The position numbers and the translations under genes were made by a program. Below, piece by piece: positions 16,877-24,400 of a DNA stretch of 32,000 nucleotides. Position 1 is the stretch's first letter. Every line of letters starts with the position of its first letter. Source of the DNA: Telmatocola sphagniphila (GTDB lineage: Bacteria; Planctomycetota; Planctomycetia; Gemmatales; Gemmataceae); contig NZ_CP074694.1 in assembly GCF_018398935.1 (NCBI RefSeq), positions 1,980,001 to 2,012,000 on the forward strand, read 5' to 3'. The notes under the pieces were generated by a model. It was not told where the DNA came from. It saw only the letters and a program-made list of their open reading frames with translations, and did no database searches.

Positions 16877-18173
16877 CAGGGCCAGCGCACTTTTGGGTAA
16901 TCTTCGCAATTTAGGTTATCTTGCGCTGTTGTCGTTTTGAGTGTAGGATTCTCCTTCAAGTCGCAATTAGTGAGCGACCTTGCAGGAGGCTTCGACGATG
17001 GCGAAAACGAAGGCGACCACAATCGATGAAATTCTCAGTCACTTCAGCTTTTTGGAAGATCCTCGAGAAGAGATTAATCGGAAGCATCCGTTTCGCAGCG
17101 TTCTCGTTATCGCTCTAATGGCCGTGCTGGCCGGAGCAGCGGGTCCGACGGGCATCACCCGCTGGGCCGAGCTTAAAAAGGACCTGCTGTCGCGGGTGTT
17201 GGATTTGCCCAATGGCGTGCCGTCGAAGGATGTGTTCCGACGCGTCTTGATGGCCCTGAATCCGCAGGCCTTTCAACTATGTTTCGAAGCCTGGGTGAAC
17301 TCGTTGCGGGAAAAAGCGGGCGAGCGGATGAAGATCGATCAGCCGATCCTGGCGGTAGACGGTAAGACTCTTCGCCGTAGTCACGACGAGAAAAAAGGGC
17401 TGGGGGCCTTGCATCTGGTAAGTGTCTGGTGCGGCGAACTCGGTCTATCGTTGGGGCAGGTGGCTTGCGAGGAGAAATCGAACGAAATTACGGCGATTCC
17501 GGAGCTTTTAGGGTTGGTGAACGTAGAAGGCGCGATTGTGACGATCGATGCGATGGGCACGCAGAAAGCGATAGCGGAATTAATCGTCGAGAAGAAAGGA
17601 GACTACGTTTTGGCGTTGAAGGGGAATCAGGAAAAATTGCATCGAGCGGTGATCGACTACATCGACCAGCAGAGCGTCAACGGCTTCGAGGGGATCGAAA
17701 CGCGGCAGTTCCTTAGCGAGGAACGCGGGCACGGTCGCGAGGAGGGCCGCGCTTACATTCAGATGCGTGCTCCCAAGGAGTTGCCCGGCTTCGAATTGTG
17801 GAAGGGTTTAAAGACGTTGGGCGTGGTGGTGTCGCAGTCGGTTCGCAAGGGGCAGGAAGTGATTTCGAAGCGATATTTCATCAGCAGTTTGGATTTGGGA
17901 GTGCGGAATTTTGCCCGGGCCGTGCGCGGACATTGGAGCGTGGAGAACGGCTGCCATTGGATACTGGATGTGCAATATCGGGAAGATGAATCGCGGATCC
18001 GGGAAGCGAATTTGCGGGAGAATTTCGCCTGGCTGAACCGCTTCAGCCTGTCGCTGTTGAAGCAGCATAAGAAAAAAGACAGCGTGGCCATGAAACGACG
18101 CTGCTGTGGGTGGGACGATGCGTTCCTACTGCAAGTCCTTACGGGAAAAGATACTTAGTACGCGCTGGCCCTG
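16877..18173 (+). mobile_element. ISAs1-family insertion sequence, 1,297 bp
   Basis: Perfect 12-bp terminal inverted repeats: CAGGGCCAGCGC at 16877-16888, and its complement GCGCTGGCCCTG at 18162-18173. CAGGG is the terminus I recall for ISAs1. Single transposase ORF. No flanking direct repeat is visible. Confidence 0.8.
16998..18158 (+). CDS. ISAs1-family transposase (H-repeat-associated type)
   Basis: ATG at 16998 is preceded by AGGAGG (track starts at TTG 16980). Motifs: FLEDPREEINRKHPFRSVLVIALMAVLAG, AVDGKTLRRSHD, TIDAMGTQKAIA, LALKGNQ, RGHWSVENGCHWILDVQYREDESRIR. Confidence 0.9.
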   Translation: MAKTKATTIDEILSHFSFLEDPREEINRKHPFRSVLVIALMAVLAGAAGPTGITRWAELKKDLLSRVLDLPNGVPSKDVFRRVLMALNPQAFQLCFEAWVNSLREKAGERMKIDQPILAVDGKTLRRSHDEKKGLGALHLVSVWCGELGLSLGQVACEEKSNEITAIPELLGLVNVEGAIVTIDAMGTQKAIAELIVEKKGDYVLALKGNQEKLHRAVIDYIDQQSVNGFEGIETRQFLSEERGHGREEGRAYIQMRAPKELPGFELWKGLKTLGVVVSQSVRKGQEVISKRYFISSLDLGVRNFARAVRGHWSVENGCHWILDVQYREDESRIREANLRENFAWLNRFSLSLLKQHKKKDSVAMKRRCCGWDDAFLLQVLTGKDT

Positions 18174-18419
18174 AGGCTCAGAGTGGGTAACCAGTCCGGT
18201 ATACTGTCTCAATGTGTGGGCAAATTGGGTTTTAAGCCAGCGAGCCTCTTTATGGAAACGGCCGGGACTCCTTTTCCAAAACGGGCCCCCTTCCTTTACT
18301 GAAACCAGATCCCCATGGAGCATTGAAACTAATGCGGGCTGCCGCGGTAAACAATGCTGACCAATTTGTCTGCGCTCAGTAGTTAGCTTTCGCGCTTTTC
18401 TCCAAAGCTTGGAGATCAC
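18174..18419 (-). pseudogene. Very uncertain: 82 codons of a basic ORF whose GTG overlaps the giant-gene stop (GTGA) and which runs into the ISAs1 end
   Basis: Track ORF 18126..18419. Its last 16 codons lie inside the IS inverted repeat, so any original gene was cut at 18174. The sequence (MISKLWRKARKLTTERRQ...) has no recognisable features. Confidence 0.15.
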
Positions 18420-21400
18420 AGCCCGGCAATCGAATCGATCCAGCTGGCATAGACGTCGACTCGCGTGTTGTACTCGTTATCGCCAAAGCTGGAATTCGTC
18501 TGAGTTCCCCCCGAAGTGATCCCGGCTATGTAGTAAACGCCATTCTTCAGGACGAACTCGGGACTGCCCGAATCGCCGACCACCGTATCGTCTTGCTGGT
18601 TATTCTGATATGTCCAGGTTAACAGAGTGCTCGTCACATTTCCGATTGGAGTCGTCCCCTTGTGTTTAACGCCAAAGGCATCTCCATCACGGGCGCCGAA
18701 ACCGACCAGCGTCAGCAACTGGCCCGCCGCGGGCACGGATTCGTTGATCGGGCTTGGAGCAACGTTCAATACGGATTTCGTCAACTCAAGAACAGCGATG
18801 TCATTTGCCGCATTCGTTCCGATCTCTGCCGGATCATATTCGGGATATTCGAATACTTTCGCGACGTTGTAAGTCGCTCCTCCAACTGTAAAAGTCAAAG
18901 TCGAAGGATCGCGGCCATCAATGACGTGGGCGGCCGTCAGTACGAATCGCGGTGCGATCAAAGTGCCGCCGCCGACGCCCTGGCCACTGAAGTTGACGAT
19001 GCCAACCGAGGCAAAGCCCGTGGTTGTCGCCGCATTTCCTTCTTCATTAAGCGGTTGCGAACTATCGGAAGTAGCGGAAGAATTGGTCGAAACGCTGGCC
19101 GAGTTACCGCTGGCGTCGGACCGCAGGTCGCTATCGGGACCGCCCGTGTATCGCGAATAATATTCAACGGAGCCCGCCATCGTCGCAACGACGGCCGCTT
19201 CCCCGGTCTTGGCCATCTGGGTGGCGTTCGATGTTAATCCGGATTGCTCGGGCTGCCGACGGAGCAATTGCTGGTAGAGCAGTAGCGTGCGATCTTGGAA
19301 AGCTTCCGAGCTATTGGCAATTCCCTCCACCACGCTAACGCGATTGTTATTTTTGGTGAATTGCTGTATCCAGCCTGCAGCTTCGGTTGTCGAAACCGTC
19401 CTATTCAGAATATCCTGGTATAGCACCTCCACAAAACCGGTGGGACTGGAATTCCCCTGTGTCCGGTAAAATTCGGGAGAGGAAGCGATGTCGACTCGAA
19501 TCTGTTCGATCGTAGCACCTTTCTGCATGTCACCCAGATACGAGGTCTGGCCGCTCACGTCCACGGACCGGTGGAGCAGGGATTCATAAAGTGCGTTGAT
19601 TTGATCGGCGCGGTATTCCTTCGAACTTTCGATTCCGGTGACCACAGTCGACGGAGCGACTCCCGCATCCAATTGGACCGCCCATCCATCCAGTTCAGCC
19701 AGCGATCCATTGCGGTTCAATAAATCGCGATAGAGTTGGGCCACGAACAATTCGTTGGAAGTCTTGGTGGTCGTCCCGCTTACCGTAATGGGAACCGAGC
19801 GCGTCAGAGCCGTCGGGTCGGGCTGATTCAGAATCGGATTAAAACCGGCAACCGTGAAGGTGAAATTCCCCGAGCCTGACGCGTTTAGCTTCGGTTCAAA
19901 GTTCGCGGACTGAATCTGGGCCAGCGTATAGGTCTGACCTGCCGCAGCCACCGTACCGTCCGAAAACATAACCTGACCGATTGCGCCGGGAACCTGGGTT
20001 ACGGTGTAAATCAAATACGGTTCCTTCGTGGAAGGAGTTGCAAAATTCAAGCTGCCCAGTCCCAGCGAGATTGGTGCGGCGTTGGTCAATAAGTTGAGAG
20101 GATTGATGCTGCCGGCCGTCTGAGTCGGCGGAATCAAAAGAGATTTGACATCGACCGTAACGTTTACAGTGTCCACGCTGGCCATGCCATCGTTGATCGA
20201 GAAAGTAATCGTTCGAGGGGTCGTAACTGGAGCGGGACTGACGTCTTGATACTGAACTGACTCCAGAACCGCCTCGTACTGGGCCTCTGTCGCCGCTCCA
20301 GAAAGCTGCAGAATCCCTTGCGTCGCATTGAACGTTCCGGTAATGCCTCCCGAAGGAGTGAAACTCAGCAGATCTTCGCCTGGAACATAATTACCGATCG
20401 AAACCGAAGCGTTATAGATGGTGTGTTGACCGGAACCATCCGGAAGAGCAGGATCGGGATCTTGGATTGAAAGCGTGGGGGCCACGGGCAACGGAGTACC
20501 GTTTTGCACGAATTGAAGTGTATTGGGGGGAACGCTCAGAGTCGGAGGAACATCGGCTGCATTCACGTCGACCACCACGTAGGCGGGCAGGCTGGTTACA
20601 CTGCCATCGCTGATGCTAAAGTCCACTTCGCGACTTCCTGCTATCGGATTTACTCGCGAATTGTAGTACTCGATTGACTGTAATGCGGTCTGGTAATCCG
20701 CAATAGACGCCGTCCCAGATAACGACAGCACGCCGGTTGCGGAATCAAAGTTCCCGGTAATTCCATTCTGGTTCGTAAAGATCAATTGATCTTCATCGGA
20801 GAAGTAAACGCCCGGGAAGGATATCGTTGCCCCCGAAAGTGTGGCGCCGCTATAGTTTATCGTCACCGTCGGATCGATCGCGAACGCTGTGCGTCCCGCG
20901 GTCACCTGCAAATTCACAAAGCCAGTGGTGACATACGGAATCACGGGAACCGTTAGAGTCAGGGTAGCATTGGCACTTGGAGTTAAGCCGTCGTTAACCG
21001 AGAAACTGATCGTCCGAGGCAGGCCGCTGCGTGCCTGGACCAGGTCGGTGAAAGTCACGCTGGCGAGTGCTATCTGATAGTCGTAAACGGAGGATTCCCC
21101 CGAAAGAGTGAGGATTCCGGTGTTCACGTCGAACGACTCCTGAATACCGCCGAAGAGCTGAGTTGCGTTCAGCGAATCTTCTCCCGGAGAGTAATTCCCC
21201 GAAATGGCGACATGGGCGCCGAGAAGCGTTGCAGCTTCCGAATCAGAAACCGTTAATCCCTTGTCCAGAACGACGGCGTTGGTTCGCGTTGAAGCGGTCA
21301 CGTTGGCCGTGCTCAGGGTCACTACCGGGGTCTGAGGGACCGAAGCGCTGCTGCTCACCTGCAACCGCTCGGTGGCATTCGCGAAATTCTTCGTCGAATT

Positions 21401-24400
21401 GTCATTAATGACGGAGACTGTCAATTCCCGAAACCCGGGCGTGACGGAACCGGAAAGATCGACATATTGGATGCTTTGCAAAGCCGCCGTGTAATCGGCC
21501 GCAGTGGCGTTGCCCGATAGAGTGAGAACGCCCTTCGCGGAATCGAACGCACCGCTGATTCCGTTCTGATTCGTGAACAGGAGTTCATCTTCCCCTGGGT
21601 TATAAGTGGCCGGATAGAACGAGATCACTGCCGCGACGATCTGGCCGCCCTGAGGGTTGCTAACCGTGATTCCCGGATCGAGGGCCGCAGGAGCATCGCC
21701 CTGCATGTAGAGAAGGCCTATTCCCAAAGGCGCGACAACCGGGGGCGAATTATTGGCTTTGGTGACGATCGGCTCGGTCAGGCTTGCCTGATTGCCAGAA
21801 TCGTCGCCGAGGGCGATCACAAGTGACTCGTTCGACGGCGTTCCGCTCGAGTTGTACTGCACGTCGTCGAGGGCAATCTGATACATATTGACCGGTTCTG
21901 TACCGCTCAGCGAAAGAACGCCGGTGGCCATATTGAAAGTGGCTGTGATACCCGTCTGCTGCTGGAATTTCAAAGGCAAGATCAGAAAGTCTTGGCCTTG
22001 AACGTAGTTGCTGATTGAGACGCTGGCGCCGCGAATCATTCCATCTTCGGCATCCTCCACTTGGAGTTGTTCCAACAAGGGAGCGGGACCGGAACCGAGG
22101 GTATATGAAACATTGGTTGCGGGCGAAGGAGTCTGGGTGTCGTTCGGATTGCCCGCGTTGGGATCGCCCAGTACTAGAGACAAAGGATAGATAGTAACGC
22201 CAAAGTTACTGGTTATCGGCGTGGTGAACTCGCCCTGATACCGCGACACGGCTACCTGGACGGAATCTTTGAAGAACGCTCCCGGCTGCGGTGTATAAAT
22301 CATGCCGTCGAGTTCCTGACTGACGTCGAAACCTGGACCGACCAGTGTTAGTTCATTGCTGCCCTGGCCGCTGAGAGTCACATCGCCCTGGAAATTCGAT
22401 ACCTGGAACGAACCGCTGTTGGCGTGAACGATCACCTGTACCTGAGCGTTGTTATCGAATTCCTCCATCGGATCGGTGACCACAATGGCGTTGCCCGACG
22501 CTGAGCTAAACTCGATCGGCGTATTGCTCGAAGTGTTCTGAATCGTCGGAACGGTGACCGTGGGATCGTAATCGGGTGGAATGATGCCCGATGTATAAGC
22601 GGTGTATACCGGCGGATTGGTACCGTCTTTGATGACGCCGTAAAAATAAATCGGCTTGGTCGGATCGTAAGGTTGCGAGGCGAATTCGGCGAAATCGTCC
22701 CATTCGAAGGATTGCTGGCCCGCCTTGAAGGGAAGGTCGGAAGCAATCAGCTGACCGTTGTAACCGCTCGAATTGGTGTCGGCGTAGATATCGATGGTGG
22801 TGTCGGTGGGATAGGAGGTAGTCCCGGTGTAGTCGATGTCGGCCGCCGGCGAACCGCTTTCGGGAGAAGCGCTTAAAGCTAGCGTCGGCGGAGAATCGCT
22901 CGCCGGGGAAGTATCCGGAGCGATTTGATAGGTGACAGGCGCCCCGCTTCCGTCGACAATAACCGTTCGCGTGCCGGGCAGATAGAAGCTGAACCCGGCG
23001 CTGTAAGTGCCGAAAATTCCCAGATCTGCCGAGACACTTCCCTGCACTTCCCCGGTGAGATCCACCTTCAGGGTAGCGCTGATCTTGACGATCACGGTAA
23101 CACTCGCAGTGAACTGCGCGTAGCTGTTGGAAGCCGATTGTTCGGGCCGAATCTGCAGATAGACCGTCAGCGTCCCGAGACTCTTTCCGCCGATCTTCGG
23201 AATATTGCTCGGAACGGTCACATTGAATCCGCCGTTGAAGGTGATGTCGCCCGACTTATCGAGATCGAATGCCAGGTTACCGGTCAACACGCTGCCGTAG
23301 GGCGGGATGGATATGATTGTCGAGCTGCCCGAAATATTAATTAAGTTGGGCCCGGTGAAGTAGAAGATCGCTTTTCCGGAGCCCTTTCCATACAAGCCGC
23401 CCAGATACTCGATATCGCCGTCGATCTCCATCATCTTGGCATTGATTTTGATGCTGCCCGTTACAGTGGCGGCGGCTTCGGTCTTGTTGTAAATCTTGAT
23501 GCTCGGGCCGAATGTTCCCGTCACGCTGCCATCAAATTCAAAATCGTCCGCCAGGTCGTTGAGCCCGCTGACCTGCCCGGAGATGCTGGTGATGTAACCG
23601 AAATCTCCGATCGGAATACCGGGAGTCCGTGAGAAGCTGATGCCGATTTCGCTGAGTTGCCCGTTACTGATTTCGAAAGAGCCACCCACGGTGATTCCGC
23701 CGGGCAGACTGACCATGCCGCTTCCCGAAATCGTCGTATTCCCCTGGCTATCCTGGGCATATTCGAATTCCAGATCCTGGATTCCGATGGGGCCCAGTTT
23801 CAGATCCGCAATCTTGATTTCCAGGCCAAGCAACTGTACGCTGCCGTCAGAGGTATTAATCAGCAAACCCTGACCCGGCAGTGAAACCGTACCGGTAAAT
23901 CCGCTGGCTAGAGAGACCTGAAGGCCACCGGTGATCTGCAGAGTACTCGCCGCGGAATCATACTGGAGCGTCAAGCCTTTCGACGTGGCCGTAACGCCGT
24001 CCAAGTCGATCGAGCCGTCCAGTTCGATATCCAGCGACTGCAGAGAACCGTCCACAATTTCGATGCCGGGATCGTCGGGTCCCGAACCCAGGCTGACGCC
24101 GAAATTATTGAGTACCGAATGGCCACCCTTGGGTGCTGTCGTCAAAATGACCGTACCGAAAATCCCGAAGGAGGAATTGGTACTGTCATATTCGACTCCG
24201 GCATCTTTAATGTGCACTTTCACGCCAAACAGCGAGAAATCGCTGGTGATACTCGCTTCCAGGCTCTGCAGCTGGCCGTTCTGAAGCACGATGCCGGGAG
24301 TCGTTCCTTCGCCCAGCTGCAATTCAACTTTGATCGTCTGTGAGGCGGCTTTGAACGTCGCATTGGCGGTGCCGTCGATCGTGATGGTGTCCGACGGCAC

